64,000 nt of DNA from an uncultured Gemmatimonadales bacterium (GCA_963821525.1 CAWGED010000005.1:480001-544000), one strand, 5' to 3'; positions 1 through 11,215 are shown, numbered from the stretch's first letter. Numbers and translations: made by a program. The notes: generated by a model from the sequence alone, not told the origin.

Positions 1-2756
1 AAGAGTCGCGATTACGTTCCGAGCCCGGCGTAGAGAAAGGCCCGCGCCAATGTTGCGAAGTCGTCTCCCGGCGCGAACCCGGTGCTCCATGCCCCGCCCA
101 GTCCGGTCTCGCACCCCGAGAGAAAGACCAGTGGGCTGTGCACCCGGAGGCCGATGATCTCGTGCACTTCGAGCTGCCCGTCGTCGGCGGGATCGCTGGC
201 CACCTCTGGATGGTCCGGTAGCGAGCCTTGGAGAACATCGGATTTCGAGGATTGAGCTCGCCGTGAGTCGCCGAGGTGGACCACGCCGCCGGTCTCCAGC
301 GCGGCTCGAACCGCTGTTTCGCTTGCCCGGCGCCCGAGACGAGGCGGGCGTTGCCCAACGCACGCGCTGCGGCCCGCGCCTCCAATACCGTTCCAGGGAG
401 CTGGTCAGGGACTGGGGCGAGCACCGAGGCCGGTGCTTCGAGACTCTCCGGTGCGGAGACTATCCGCAAGGCGACCAGCGATGCGGCGGATGGCAAGGTC
501 AGGAGGGCGAAGTCCTGGATCAGGAACCGGCCCGTGGCGGAGTCAACGACCGCTGCGAACGGGAGATAGGTGAGGATCCCGTGCGGTACGATCACCGAGC
601 CGGCGGGCTCCCTCAAGCGCACCGCTCCGGCGAACTCGGTGCAATCAGGAAATTCGCCCAGCGCCGCTCAGGACCGGGAGAGCCCTGAGGAGTCCGGCGT
701 CTCGTTGTGCGACCAACTCCCGAGCGAGACGAACGCGGCTCTGGAGTCCGCCACGCGGCACTGCAACCGTGGTAACGACGAGACCGTGCGACGACCGACG
801 AAAATCAGCAACGAGTCTTCCACTATCTGATATTCCACCAGCGCTTCGTCGGGCCGAAGACGAGCGAGGACAGCCGCCGCTGGGGTTTGCCCGGCCCCGA
901 GAAGGGCGGTACCGGGGGTATGCAATTCCCCGATCCGGATCGCGAGCTCCTCATACGCGCGCCGCTCCGCAGCGAGTGGGTCCCGCAGGAAGGCGAGACG
1001 GGTGACGGTGGTGGAGTCGGAGGCCTCGGTCGGCATCTCCCTCAGCGTCGCGTATCTGCTCGGTCAACGCGTCGATCTGGCGGAGCAGCTGGTCACCTTC
1101 CTGGAGCGCGCGGCTGGACGCGGCTGCTGAAGGGCCGGAGTTTCGCGAGGATGCCGAGTCCTTCAACCAGCGCGCGCCCTCGCGCGGCGTCGGCCACCTC
1201 GAACGCCTCCTCCGTCCTGCCCAGTCGCCGGAGCACTTCCGCGAGATCCGCGTACGCGCCCTGCTTTCCCGCCAGGTAGCTCGTGCGAAGCACGCCGGAC
1301 CCATAGTTGCCGCGCACGCGCTCCAGTGCGGCGAGCGCGCGCGGCCCACGACTGCGGCGGAGTCGAGTTGTCCGAGCCTCGCGAGCGCGCGGGCCTCGAG
1401 TCGGAGTGCCTCCTGTTCAATGCCGTACCCGCCGGCCTCCAGATCGAGCCGCGCGTCCCCGTAGCGCACGAAGCGCGCGTGTCGCATCCGCCGTGCGATC
1501 GGCGATTCGCGCCTCCGCCAGCGCCACCTCGGCCCGACCCCGGCGAACACCAAGCGACAGAGCGAGTTTCCGTGCGGCCGCGATGCGCTCGGCAGAGCCC
1601 TTCGGGTCTTCCGATCGGGCCGCGAAGTCCGCTAGGAGCAGGAGGTCGGCCAGCTCCTCGAATCGCGCGCAGGCCGCCGGTGCATGCCGAGCGCCTCGCC
1701 AGCTGCCGCGGACGCCTGTTCCATTGCTCCGAGGTCGCCCTGGATCTCTGCCTCGCTCCGGAGGTCCGCTCCCGCCTCGACGGTGAGATTCAACTCCCGA
1801 TTGATCGGCTCTGCTCGACCGTAGAAGTCCAGCGCATGCTGGACGTCGCCGGCCTCCCGGTAAAGCTCGGCCATCGCCTCCAGGTTACTCGCCTCCTCCT
1901 GGCGGAGCCCTTGGCGCCGCGACAGCTGCGAGCGCGCTATCGAGCGCGGCTAGGGCGAGATGCGGCTGTCCCAGAGCGGCGTAAGCGGTGCCCAGCTGTC
2001 CGAGCGCGTTCTGTTCGCCGTAGCGTATCCGATCGAGCGGTAGCGCGTGCGGGCCTGCTCGAGCAGTGGGATTGCGACTCCGGGATCGCCGACGCGGACG
2101 GCGAGCATTCCCAGGTTAGTGAGCGCGTTGCCTTCGATGCGCGCATCCGCGAGCGCCCGTCCCGCGACCCGCATCGAATCGAAGCCCCGACGGGCTTCGT
2201 CGAACTGCCCGAGATCGGTCTGGACCAGCGCGAGATTGCCGGAGGCCGACGCGATACCCTTGAGGTCCGCCGCCGCACGAGCGGCCGCGGAGGCGCGACC
2301 GAAGAGCTCGGTAGCATCGGAGAGCCGCCCCTCGTTCCAGGCGAGGAGCCCGAGGGCGTTGTAGGACTTGAAGAGATCGGCGTCGAGCGCCAAGCGGCGC
2401 TTGAGAGCGAGCGCCTCCTCTCCGAGGCGGCGGGCGATTCTGGTAATCGCCCAGGCGCCACGCGCGAGGCCGAGCCAGGTGAGCGACCGCGCCTCGGCGA
2501 TCGAATCGTGGAGCGCACGACTCCGCTCGAGAGCGACAGTCCATATGACGCTCGCGCTGTCGAACTCGCCGCGCAGGTACACTCCCTCGCCGAACGCCAG
2601 CAGCGAGTCCAGCGGCCTTGAGGACAGGGCCGAATCGTGGGTCTCGGCGGGTGGGCGCGCAGTGCTGGTGGTCGGCTCGGGGCTCGGGCGTTCCTTACAT
2701 GCCGCGTGAGAGCCAGGACGGTCACGACGAGCCGCCGGCGGCCAGTGGCGACTCAC
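1..2756 (-). CDS. TPR-repeat + CHAT (caspase-like, clan CD) protease; 3' end runs off the window; multiple indels
   Basis: Joined frames give TPR helices (ALDADLFKSYNALGLLAWNEG, IEGNALTNLGMLA, AFEVADAARGRAL), the CHAT linker (DEALVEYQIVEDSLLIFV), the catalytic His motif VVHLATHG (~284-260, one extra G) and the Cys motif LVFLSGCETG (~130-100). A GTG start at 2756 overlaps the upstream stop. Confidence 0.85.
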
Positions 2757-3332
2757 GGCGCTATCTGGAATTCGTGAACTGTGCCGCCGATCGAGCGACC
2801 ATCGCCGAGCAACACGTCCACGTACCAATAGTAGAGTCCGGCCCCGCGCGGGAAACCTCAAGGGAAGGCAGGGACGATCGTATCCCTCGAGGTTGTCGCC
2901 CACACCGAATCGCCGTCGGCTCGGCTCACTGAGATTCGGGTAGGTCGTTGCCCCTGGTAAGGCGTGCCAGGTGAAATCCGCAGGGCCGTGCAGAATTGCT
3001 CCGTCCGTCGGTGCCACGATCCTGATCCCAGCCTGATCATCCGTGCCCCGGACTCGCGATGCGTCAGAGGGGCCGCGATGTAAGAGGGCCGGCCCGAGCA
3101 GGGCGACGCCCGCCACAACTGCAGCGGCCGCTGCCACTGCGGCCAGGCGGCGCATCGGGGTGCGGTCGCTCGCCGGAGCCGTCCCACCGCGACGAGCTCC
3201 GAGGTGCAGTCGGCGCAATCCGCCAGATGCAGCTCGACTCGTTCCCGATCCGACGGGAAAGCGTCCCGGCGAGGTAGCGCACGACCTTCTCTACCTCAAG
3301 GTGAGCGAGCTGGCGATTTGTGGTTGACTCAT
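2753..3332 (-). CDS. zf-HC2 (HxxxCxxC) transmembrane anti-sigma factor-like protein, frameshifted
   Basis: Reading across indels gives HLEVEKVVRYLAGTLS..DRERVELHLADCADCTSELV, a TM helix (LAAVAAAAAVVAGVALLG) and an Ig/FN3-like tail (FTWHALPGATTY..YYWYVDV). It lies directly downstream of the ECF sigma gene. Confidence 0.75.
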
Positions 3333-3399
3333 CAAGCTGCCTCCCCGTAAAACCACGCGGCTTCTAGACAAGACGGATTGGAACGCGCGGTTTGCGGGA

Positions 3400-4067
3400 T
3401 CATGGTTCGAACCGCTCCACTCCCAACACCTGAAGCTGGGTTCGCAAGGCCACGAGCACCTTGTCCAAGCGGCGATAGAGCGTGGAAGAGCGTAGGGAAG
3501 CGCATGAGCCGGGCGATTTCGCGAGCCGGAAGGTCTTCGCCGAATCGAAGGCGGAGGAGCAGCCGGTCGCGAGGAGGAAGCCCTTCAAGCACCAGCGAGA
3601 GTGCCCGGGTGAGTTCGGACCGGGCCAGAAGCGCATCGGGGGCTGCCGTGCGCCGGGGCTGCGAGTAGCGCCGGGTCAAACTGATCGGCCACGAGGTCCA
3701 CCAGGCGCCGGCGTTTGGCACGCTCCGCTTGCGAGGAGATCTCCCGCCGGGCCATCGCGGCTTCGGCCATAGCGGTGGCGATGATGATCCAGGCACAGTC
3801 GGCGGACACGACGATGAGCCAGAGCCCAAACGGCCCGGATCCTGGCCGCGTGTAGGCTCGAAGCCGGCGGCACCCATCCTCCCGCAGGCGCTCCAGGACG
3901 AACGTATAGCGATCCATCACGGTGTCCTGGTTGCCACCCAGCGAGCGCACGACGTGAAGGATCTGATCGGTGTGGGCGTGGACGAAGCTGGTCCACGCCT
4001 CCTCGATTGCGGTCTCGGTCGGGGCGTCAAGGAGCGAGAACAGTTCCAGTGGCGCCGTGAACGGCAC
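3400..4067 (-). CDS. ECF-type sigma-70 factor, frameshifted
   Basis: Region 2-like segment EEAWTSFVHAHTDQILHVVR..FGLWLIVV/VRRLCLDHHRHRYGR and region 4 LEGLPPRDRLLLRLRFGEDLPAREIARLM..LYRRLDKVL. The start (GTG 4067) is approximate. Confidence 0.8.
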
Positions 4068-4333
4068 GCCGAAAGCCTCGTAGGCCACGTGCAGGACCTC
4101 GTCCCGAGTCTGAACCAAATTTTCCAACGGGGGGACAACTGAGATGGGCGGATAATCGACCCACCGCAAATTAGCGCCTTTGTACCCGCGCTCGCTAGGG
4201 GCAGCAACGAACTCGGCGGGCAGGTCCGCTGCCTGCCGACTCTCCCGCAAAAGAAGCGAACCTGTCCGTCAATGATTGATACGCGACAGGATATCGCACG
4301 ATTCAGAACCCAACCAAACCGAACGGCCTAGCC

Positions 4334-4591
4334 ATGCGTGTCACCGTGAGGCCGACGCTCGAGCTACCGCTCTTTGGTCGTCCCGGACCGGCAATAGGCG
4401 CCTTGCGCGCCGCAGTGCTCGCGGGCGCCCAGCCTGCCAGTACGCGTTCTGGCAGTCGTCGCCCGCTCGCGGTGGTGGTGATGGGAGTCGCGGGGGTCCT
4501 GCTCATCGCTCTGCAGATGGTGCAATGGTGGGCCGAGATGCCATTCGCGGCAACGTTTCCGGGGGGAGGCTGGCCGCTTCATGTCCGCTGA
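4334..4591 (+). CDS. hypothetical small membrane protein
   Basis: 85-aa ORF with one hydrophobic segment, divergent from the sigma gene. No recognisable family. Confidence 0.3.
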   Translation: MRVTVRPTLELPLFGRPGPAIGALRAAVLAGAQPASTRSGSRRPLAVVVMGVAGVLLIALQMVQWWAEMPFAATFPGGGWPLHVR

Positions 4592-6199
4592 ACATGGGGC
4601 GGCCGGGGGCTCGGTCCGCGCAGTGAGCGCCAGACTGTGAAGCCGTAACGCCGGCAACAACGGACACATCGTGTTACAACCCTTAGCAACGGAGCCCGTC
4701 ATGTCCTGCTGGCGCTGCAGGTTTATTATAGGTAGGGGGGTAAGAAAACAGTAAAAAGTGAATAGAACTATAGGTGCAGGAAGTATGCAGTATCGCGCCG
4801 CTGTGCTACGGGCGTGCTGGCGCTGGCCTGCAGTCCGGAACCACCCACGCACCCCAGGAGAGGTCGGCAGCCGCGTAAAGATTCAGCTCGCCTCAGCAGC
4901 TCGAGGGCACAGATAGGGATAAGGTCGTGGCTGGGCTAAACACCACCGGCGACCTAAGATCAGGGAAAGAACGCTTGTACGGCTGGGGCGAGAAGAACCT
5001 CCGGACGGTGAGACGTTGGGGACAGTTACGCAACTGGCTGGTACAGACGGGACAATAGCAATCGCCCCAGTGAGCAATGGCGGTGGAGAATCCCCGCTGG
5101 CATAGAGCACTATGGGATGAACGATGAGCGGTCGGGGGAATCGTAGCATGACGAACAATCGAGAGGACGAGCGAGCTCGAGACTGTCTGGTAGAAAGAGG
5201 GACAGATCGGTTTGGAGAGAGATGCGGACGGTCAACTGGGATCGGCGATCTACGTAATGAACGCTGAAGGCTCAGCTCAGACGTGCCACGCAGCAATCAT
5301 GGAGGCAAGAATTCGACTACCTTGACGGAGCGCGCGTACGGGACGAAGCTCGGCTATGAGATGAGTCTGCGGCAGTAAGTCGCCCAACGCCGCGATCTAT
5401 GTGATGAACGCCTGATGGCCGGGCCGGTTGAACGAGCACGAAGGACCCGGTGCGAAGTACTGGAAGCTCAACTGGTATGGGCAGATCGGCCAGGCGGATC
5501 GCGAAGAGCCGCCCTGTGCGTGAGCACACATCGACGGCGACCCTGCTACGCTGACGCCCAGCGAGGAGTATCTTGAACGCACATGAAAGTGCACGAAGGT
5601 TAGCGCCGACGTGTATTTCATGAACAACGTGGGCGAGGACGACTTCCCCGTGGTGTTCGCCTGACGAGACCGAGATCGACTTCTGGACCATTCGACGAAG
5701 GCGAGCGATGGATACACGTCATGAGCTGCGACGGTGGAATCAAAAGGCATCTAGACTCTTAGGATGGTGGCTAGTGCTTCGATGTCCGCTGGATGGGGGC
5801 TGGGACAAGTGGTGATGGTCAGCTTGGCGTGAGCAGCCTCGGAACCGGCGTGTCGGTGCAGCTAGTAGATCCCAGTGACCGATTTCCACACGGTACAGCT
5901 GAGGATCGATAACGGAACGGTAGCGGCAGACCCTGTCACCCCAGTGCGCAGGGTGACGAGACGCTAGGACAAGGCTGGTGACTGACTGGGGGATATACAC
6001 GAGCTGACGACCAGGTTGGCGGGTACAGCGGTACTGTGTGCTCAGCTACGACCGGCTACGTCCCGAGACCGGTCGAACGTGCAACTTAACAAGGCGTCGT
6101 TGGGGACTGGACTGAGTGATCACAGCCAAGATCAGGCGCCCACTGACTTGTGGTAGGACACCGCGGAGTCTGGCAACTACGTCTACTGCTGGAAGAGTG

Positions 6200-6552
6200 T
6201 ACGACAGCGATGCGCGGCGTCTTCGAGACGATGGACAGCACGGCCAGGTGCTGAACGTGACCGAAGGCGGGCTCCAGCACGTCCCACATGAAGTTCTCGC
6301 TCGGTGGAGCATCAGGGCCTCGACGTGTTGGCCTTCCAGCCCAGTACCGGCAGCATCAGTTGCCTGGGGCTATTCCGGTCATCGACGTTGTCGAGTTCAC
6401 CACCACGAACATGCCCGGCCTCACGTACGACGCCACCGCCGACCAGTACACCTACGTGTGGAAGACGCAAAGACTGGGCCGGCACCTGCCGGAAGTTCGT
6501 GCTCGATTTGAAGGACGGCACTCAGCACGTCGCGCTGTTCCAATTCAAATAG
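6200..6552 (+). pseudogene. C-terminal PxKF-domain fragment
   Basis: Across frames: VLNVT..MKFSLGG..QGLDVL..ISC..GLTYDATADQYTYVWKT..WAGTCRKFVLDLKDGTQHVALFQFK*, matching the PxKF domain pattern. No intact 5' part. Confidence 0.7.
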
Positions 6553-6578
6553 TCGGCTCACCTACGTCCGGAGGCTGT

Positions 6579-7278
6579 ATGCGGAACGTGTTGCTGCTCC
6601 TGTTGGGCGTGTCGGCTGCGGTCGATCGGCTGCTTCCACCGTGGACGACAAGAAGCCCGAGGCCGGAACCGTTACAGCCGATGAGCGTCGGCGAATGGAG
6701 GATTCGGTCCATGCGTGGCTCGCGAGAATTTTCCACGACTGGGAGAAGGGTGATAGCGTGGCGTTGATGGGTACCTATCTGCCGGGTGATGGGTCGGTAG
6801 TTTCGGCAGGGGATGGTGAGCTGTATACGTCGAGAGATTCGGTAGCGGCGTTTCTCATCGGGGTGGATAAGATCACGGGAAAGAAGGGTAGCTTTGAGAA
6901 GCCACTATCGTACGACGTGTTGGCGCCGGGAATGGCGGCGCCACCGTACAACATCCAGTTCGAGGGGCGTAAACCCGAACAAGCAGAAGTTTGAGGGTCG
7001 CGGGAGTCTATAGCGTGGTCGTCGTTGAGCGCGAGGGCCACCTGCACATCGTGCAGGAGCACCAGTCCCTGGCTCCTGACCCGAACGAGGCGGAGGCGGC
7101 GATCGCGGGCATCAATAGTGTGGGTGTCGCATGGCAGAGAGGCCGTGGCAACGCGAGGACACCGCCGCGATCAAGTCGGTTCTGCACTGAGGACGACATC
7201 TATTCGCCTGACAACGAGGCGCACCGTTGGAGGCCGCGATTCTGCAGCGGCCAAGGTGGGCATGTGGAGTTTGGTTAG
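6579..7278 (+). CDS. secreted NTF2/SnoaL-like (DUF4440-type) protein, frameshifted
   Basis: Signal-like N-terminus MRNVLLLLLGVSAAV, then WEKGDSVALMGTY..GVYSVVVVEREGHLHIVQEHQS (SnoaL-fold C-terminal motif). The 3' end is uncertain. Confidence 0.6.
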
Positions 7279-7618
7279 CCTGAGTTTTCGATCTTGAGCG
7301 ATCTGAAGTCACCGTGCTGGATCGAGTAGTGACCGCCGGTGACCTAGCGGCCAGGAAACCAGCGGACTTACGTCGTAGCGACTATCGGACCAGGGCAAGG
7401 CGGCAACACCGAGAGGAGGTGGCCCTACATGACGGTCTTGGTCGTAAGGATCGGTGGTGAGATGGCGGATGGCCTCGTACATGTGGAACGCGCTGAGACG
7501 AGCTCACGGGTAGCGCGCTAGGGCCGCCTGACCGAAGATGGACGGTGAGCGCAAACGCCCAGCTGATTGGGAGAGAGTTGGAGGTGGTCATCTCCGAGTC
7601 TTCAACCCCTCCGGTTAA

Positions 7619-7783
7619 CAGGCGAAGACGGCCGAGTGGGCCCGGTCCTGGGCTTCGGTGCGCCTGGCGGCGAAGAAGCAGAAGAATTTCGCCGAGGCGG
7701 ACCGGATTCGTGCCATGCTGAAACAGCACGGCTTCGAGATCCGGGACGCCAAGGATGGTTCGATCGAGGTAAGGCGGGTCTAA
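7619..7783 (+). pseudogene. cysS: 3' end of cysteinyl-tRNA synthetase (anticodon-binding helical domain)
   Basis: WARSWASVRLAAKKQKNFAEADRIRAMLKQHGFEIRDAKDGSIEVRRV* resembles the CysRS C-terminus. There is an in-frame TAA at 7616 and no HIGH/KMSKS core upstream. Confidence 0.7.
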
Positions 7784-7851
7784 AACCTCCGGGACCGCCG
7801 CAATGGCGGGTTTCGGACGGTGCCGGGCCAGAGTTCGGCGACTGCGTCCGG

Positions 7852-7881
7852 TTGACACAACTCCAAGTCACCCATTATCAT
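7852..7881 (+). promoter_or_regulatory. sigma70-type promoter of the tRNA cluster
   Basis: TTGACA (7852-7857), 18-nt spacer, TATCAT (7876-7881), ending 25 nt before tRNA-Thr. Confidence 0.75.
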
Positions 7882-7906
7882 ATGTGTCTGTCCGTTTTCG
7901 CTGCCC

Positions 7907-7979
7907 GCTGACGTAGCTCAACTGGCAGAGCACCGGTTTTGTAAACCGGCGGTTGAGGGTTCGATTCCCTCCGTCAGCT
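7907..7979 (+). tRNA. tRNA-Thr(TGT)
   Basis: Cloverleaf: acceptor GCTGACG/CGTCAGC, anticodon arm CCGGT-TT-TGT-AA-ACCGG, T-loop GGTTCGATT. No encoded CCA. Confidence 0.97.
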
Positions 7980-8018
7980 CTGGAGTCGAGCGGATCAGCG
8001 AGGTGAGGAGCGGGCGCC

Positions 8019-8102
8019 GGTGGGGTGGCCGAGTGGCTAATGGCAGCAGACTGTAAATCTGCCGGGCTCTGCCCTACGTAGGTTCGAATCCTACCCCCAC
8101 CA
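8019..8102 (+). tRNA. tRNA-Tyr(GTA)
   Basis: Acceptor GGTGGGG/CCCCACC, anticodon arm GCAGA-CT-GTA-AA-TCTGC, long variable arm, T-loop GGTTCGAATCC. Confidence 0.97.
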
Positions 8103-8135
8103 TGTTGGGGAGTGCAGGGCGAGGCCGCACCGAAA

Positions 8136-8222
8136 GGATCAGTTAGAGGACTGAGGACCGAGGACTGAGTGTGAGAGGCAGGGATTCAGTCCCCGGTCGT
8201 CAGTCCTCAGCACTTTGATCCC
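8136..8222. repeat. inverted tandem-heptamer element (GGACTGA)n...(TCAGTCC)n
   Basis: ggactga ggaccga ggactga ... tcagtcc ccggtcg tcagtcc tcagcac, between tRNA-Tyr and tRNA-Gly. Confidence 0.8.
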
Positions 8223-8234
8223 AGTTTGCTTCGC

Positions 8235-8307
8235 GCGGGTGTAGCTCAGTTGGTAGAGCATCAGCCTTCCAAGCTGAGGGTCGCGGGTTCGAGCCCCGTC
8301 GCCCGCT
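8235..8307 (+). tRNA. tRNA-Gly(TCC)
   Basis: Acceptor GCGGGTG/CGCCCGC, anticodon arm TCAGC-CT-TCC-AA-GCTGA. Confidence 0.97.
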
Positions 8308-8310
8308 CTC

Positions 8311-8383
<73 letters not shown>

Positions 8384-8395
8384 CTGGTGGGAACG

Positions 8396-8489
8396 TCAGC
8401 CATTAGCTGTTAGCAGTTAGCTGCTTCGGTTAGGCTGCGACGGATTCGATGAAAATGCTGAGGGCTAACAGCTAATAGCTAACGGCTGA
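8396..8489. repeat. inverted tandem-heptamer element (GTTAGCT)n...(AGCTAAC)n
   Basis: tcagc cattagc tgttagc agttagc tg ... gctaaca gctaata gctaacg gctga, ending 7 nt before the rpmG start. Confidence 0.85.
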
Positions 8490-8496
8490 GGATACA

Positions 8497-8649
8497 GTGC
8501 CCCGAGAGAAAATCATCATGGAATGCACCGACTGTAAGAGTCGGAACTATTTCCAGGACAAGAACCGGCGGAAGCACCCCGAGCGGGTGGAGTGGAAGAA
8601 GTTCTGCCCCCGCTGCAACAAGAGCGTGCTCCACAAGGAATCCAAGTAG
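8497..8649 (+). CDS. rpmG: 50S ribosomal protein L33 (zinc-binding CxxC/CxxC type)
   Basis: My translation from [53 protein letters not shown]. It is below the ORF-track size cutoff. Confidence 0.95.
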   Translation: MPREKIIMECTDCKSRNYFQDKNRRKHPERVEWKKFCPRCNKSVLHKESK

Positions 8650-8885
8650 TGGAACAGGTGACCAAGGCACCCGCGCATCCCGCGCGGTGGATGGGCCAGT
8701 CGGTGGACTTCATCCGCTCGGTGAAGGCCGAGCTCAAGAAGGTCACCTGGCCCACGCGCGATGAGTTGTCCAAGGCCACCCGGATGATCCTGATCCTCGC
8801 GGTGGTCCTCGGACTCGCCATCGGGTGGATGGATCTCCTGTTCAACTGGATCCTGGTGACCGGGGTGGCGAGGATCGGCAGGTGA
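8649..8885 (+). CDS. secE: preprotein translocase subunit SecE
   Basis: FIRSVKAELKKVTWPTRDEL motif plus one TM helix. The GTG start overlaps the rpmG stop. Confidence 0.93.
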   Translation: MEQVTKAPAHPARWMGQSVDFIRSVKAELKKVTWPTRDELSKATRMILILAVVLGLAIGWMDLLFNWILVTGVARIGR

Positions 8886-8893
8886 CGGTGGCC

Positions 8894-9436
8894 ATGGAGT
8901 ACCGCTGGTACGCGATCCAGACCACCGCCGGTCACGAGAACAAGGTTCGCGGTCTTCTGGTACAGCGCATCGCGCAGGACCCCCGGCCCGAGGAGCAGCG
9001 GCTGATCCGTCAGGCGCTGGTGCCGGTGCAGGAGGTCATCGAGATCAAGAACGGCAAGAAGGTGACCGTAGAGCGGAAGCTCTATCCCGGTTACGTGCTG
9101 GTCGAGATGGCGATGAACCAGGAGAGCCTGCACGTCGTCAACAGCATTCAGGGCGTGATCAAGTTCGTGGGAGCCGGCCGCTTTCCTCAGCCGCTCCGGC
9201 AGGATGAAGTGAACCGTCTCCTCGGCATCGCCGAGGCGGTGGCGGAGGCGGAGCCGAAGGAGGAGATCCCCTTCCTGGTTGGCCAGGTGGTGGAGATCAC
9301 CGAGGGCCCCTTCTCCGACTTCAGCGGGACGGTCGAAGAAGTGCTGTCCGACAAGGGCAAGGTGAAGGTCTCGGTCAGCCTGTTCGGCCGGCCAACGAGC
9401 GTGGAATTGGATTATCTACAGTTGAGGGGTCATTAG
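8894..9436 (+). CDS. nusG: transcription termination/antitermination factor NusG
   Basis: WYAIQTTAGHENKV, KLYPGYVLVEM and the KOW domain GPFSDFSGTVEEV..VSLFGRPTSVEL. Confidence 0.98.
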   Translation: MEYRWYAIQTTAGHENKVRGLLVQRIAQDPRPEEQRLIRQALVPVQEVIEIKNGKKVTVERKLYPGYVLVEMAMNQESLHVVNSIQGVIKFVGAGRFPQPLRQDEVNRLLGIAEAVAEAEPKEEIPFLVGQVVEITEGPFSDFSGTVEEVLSDKGKVKVSVSLFGRPTSVELDYLQLRGH

Positions 9437-9521
9437 AGATTGCTGATTGCCGATTGCCGATTGCTGATTTGAAAACGAGTCGCAGTTCATTCAGCAATCA
9501 GCAATCAACAATCATCAATCT
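9437..9521. repeat. inverted tandem-heptamer element (GATTGCY)n...(RCAATCA)n
   Basis: gattgct gattgcc gattgcc gattgct gatt ... cagcaat cagcaat caacaat catcaat, starting immediately after the nusG stop. Confidence 0.9.
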
Positions 9522-9547
9522 GCATCCCCCGCCACCGCGCGGTTTCG

Positions 9548-9573
9548 CGGGAGCCAACGGGTGGTTGAACCCG
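9548..9573 (+). promoter_or_regulatory. putative L1-binding autoregulatory leader of rplK-rplA
   Basis: CGGGAGCCA-ACGGG-TGGTTGAACCCG forms a stem with a GGAG/UGAA internal loop like the L1 rRNA-mimic site, just upstream of the rplK SD. Confidence 0.55.
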
Positions 9574-9592
9574 GGCGACACGAAGGAGAGGT

Positions 9593-10019
9593 ATGGCAAA
9601 GAAGGTCACCGCAGTCATCAAGCTGCAGTGTCCGGCTGGCGCAGCGAATCCCGCGCCGCCCGTGGGCACCGCGCTCGGTCCGCACGGCGTGAACATCATG
9701 GAGTTCTGCAAGCAGTTCAACGCCAGGACCCAGGGTCAGGCCGGGATGATCATCCCGGTGTTGGTCACGGTCTATCAGGACCGGACCTTCTCATTCATCA
9801 CCAAGACCCCGCCGGCCCCGAACCTCATTCTGAAGGAAGCGGGACTGGAGAAGGGAAGCGGCCAGCCCAACCGGACCAAGGTGGGGCGAGGTCACGCGCG
9901 CGCAGCTCAAGAAGATCGCCGAGCTCAAGATGGCCGACCTGAATGCGGCCGACCTCGACGGCGCGATGCGGATGATCGCGGGCACCGCGCGATCGATGGG
10001 CGTGGAGGTGGTGGACTGA
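9593..10019 (+). CDS. rplK: 50S ribosomal protein L11 (one indel ~9885)
   Basis: [38 protein letters not shown]. The C-terminus [27 protein letters not shown] is in the shifted frame. Confidence 0.97.
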
Positions 10020-10708
10020 TGGCTACCGCCGGCAAGAGGTTCCGCGCCGCGGTCACCAAGGTGGACCGCACCAGGGAGTACGCCATCAGCGACGCCGTAG
10101 TACTCGTGAAGGCAGCCGCCTTCGCAAAGTTCAACGAAACGGTGGACGTCGCCGTACGGCTGGGCGTGGATCCCCGCCATGCGGACCAGGTCGTCCGCGG
10201 TACCGTCGTCCTGCCCCACGGCACCGGTAAGTCGGTCCGGGTGCTGGTCATCGCCCAGGGAGACAAGGCCAAGGAAGCCGAAGCCGCCGGGGCGGATTTC
10301 GCCGGCATGGAATTCATCCAGAAGCTCAAGGACGGCTGGTTGGAGTGCGACGTCATCGTCGCCACGCCGGACGTCATGGGGCAGTTGGGCCAGCTGGGCC
10401 GGATCCTCGGTCCCCGCGGCCTCATGCCGAATCCCAAGGCCGGGACCGTGACGATGGACGTGACCAAGGCCGTTCGGGAGATCAAGGCGGGCAAGATCGA
10501 GTTCCGGGTAGACAAGACGGGGAACGTTCACGCCCCGATCGGGAAGATCAATTTCTCGGCCCAGCAGCTCGCCGAGAATCTGCAGGCTTTCATGGATACG
10601 ATCGTCCGCGCCAAGCCGGCGGCGGCGAAGGGTCATTACATCCAGTCGGCGACGGTCTCCAGCACCATGGGCCCGGGCGTTCGGCTTGAAATGGCGGGTT
10701 ACCGATGA
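10019..10708 (+). CDS. rplA: 50S ribosomal protein L1
   Basis: [59 protein letters not shown]. Confidence 0.98.
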   Translation: MATAGKRFRAAVTKVDRTREYAISDAVVLVKAAAFAKFNETVDVAVRLGVDPRHADQVVRGTVVLPHGTGKSVRVLVIAQGDKAKEAEAAGADFAGMEFIQKLKDGWLECDVIVATPDVMGQLGQLGRILGPRGLMPNPKAGTVTMDVTKAVREIKAGKIEFRVDKTGNVHAPIGKINFSAQQLAENLQAFMDTIVRAKPAAAKGHYIQSATVSSTMGPGVRLEMAGYR

Positions 10709-11194
10709 GCAAAACCGAACGCCAAACCGAGGTCGAGGCCCTGACCGCGGAGCTCGCGGCGAGCCCGAACCTCTACGTCACCGATTTCCGCGGGCTCAAC
10801 GTGCTGCGGATGACGGAGTTCCGCCGCCGCCTGCGGGGAGCCGGTGCCCGCTACATCGTGGTCAAGAACACGCTGGCTCAGCGCGCGCTTGGCCGCCAAC
10901 AAGATCACCGGGCTGGACGAGTTCCTCGCCGGCCCGACCGGATTCGTCCTCAGCACCGACCCGCTGCCTGCGGCCAAGGTACTGACCGAGTTCGTCAAGG
11001 AGTTCGAGAAGCCGGCCATCAGGGCGGGCTTTGTGGACGGGGCCCCGGTCAACGTGGCTCATATCCAGCGGCTGGGAGCAATCCCATCGCGGGAAACGCT
11101 CCTCGCCATGGTGGCGGGGACGCTCAACAACATCGTCGCCTCATTCGCTGGCTGCCTCGAGGCGCTCCGCGAGCAGCGCAGCGCTGCTTCTTAA
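10705..11194 (+). CDS. rplJ: 50S ribosomal protein L10 (one indel ~10890)
   Basis: [28 protein letters not shown], continuing [25 protein letters not shown]. Confidence 0.96.
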
Positions 11195-11215
11195 CCGTCG
11201 GGAGATAATGTCGAC

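Noticed and set aside
3335..3400. ECF autoregulatory promoter (AAAC..CGTC) between the sigma and anti-sigma genes
   Set aside because: The spacing is about 14 nt, shorter than typical, and no second copy was found to support the motif.
1..7900. Prophage or integrative element at the tRNA cluster
   Set aside because: No integrase, phage genes or duplicated tRNA 3' end (att site) were seen.
9593..10708. Apparent L11-L1 fusion (371-aa ORF)
   Set aside because: It is caused by one indel at about 9885. The normal L11 C-terminus and the TGA/ATG overlap at 10017-10021 are present.
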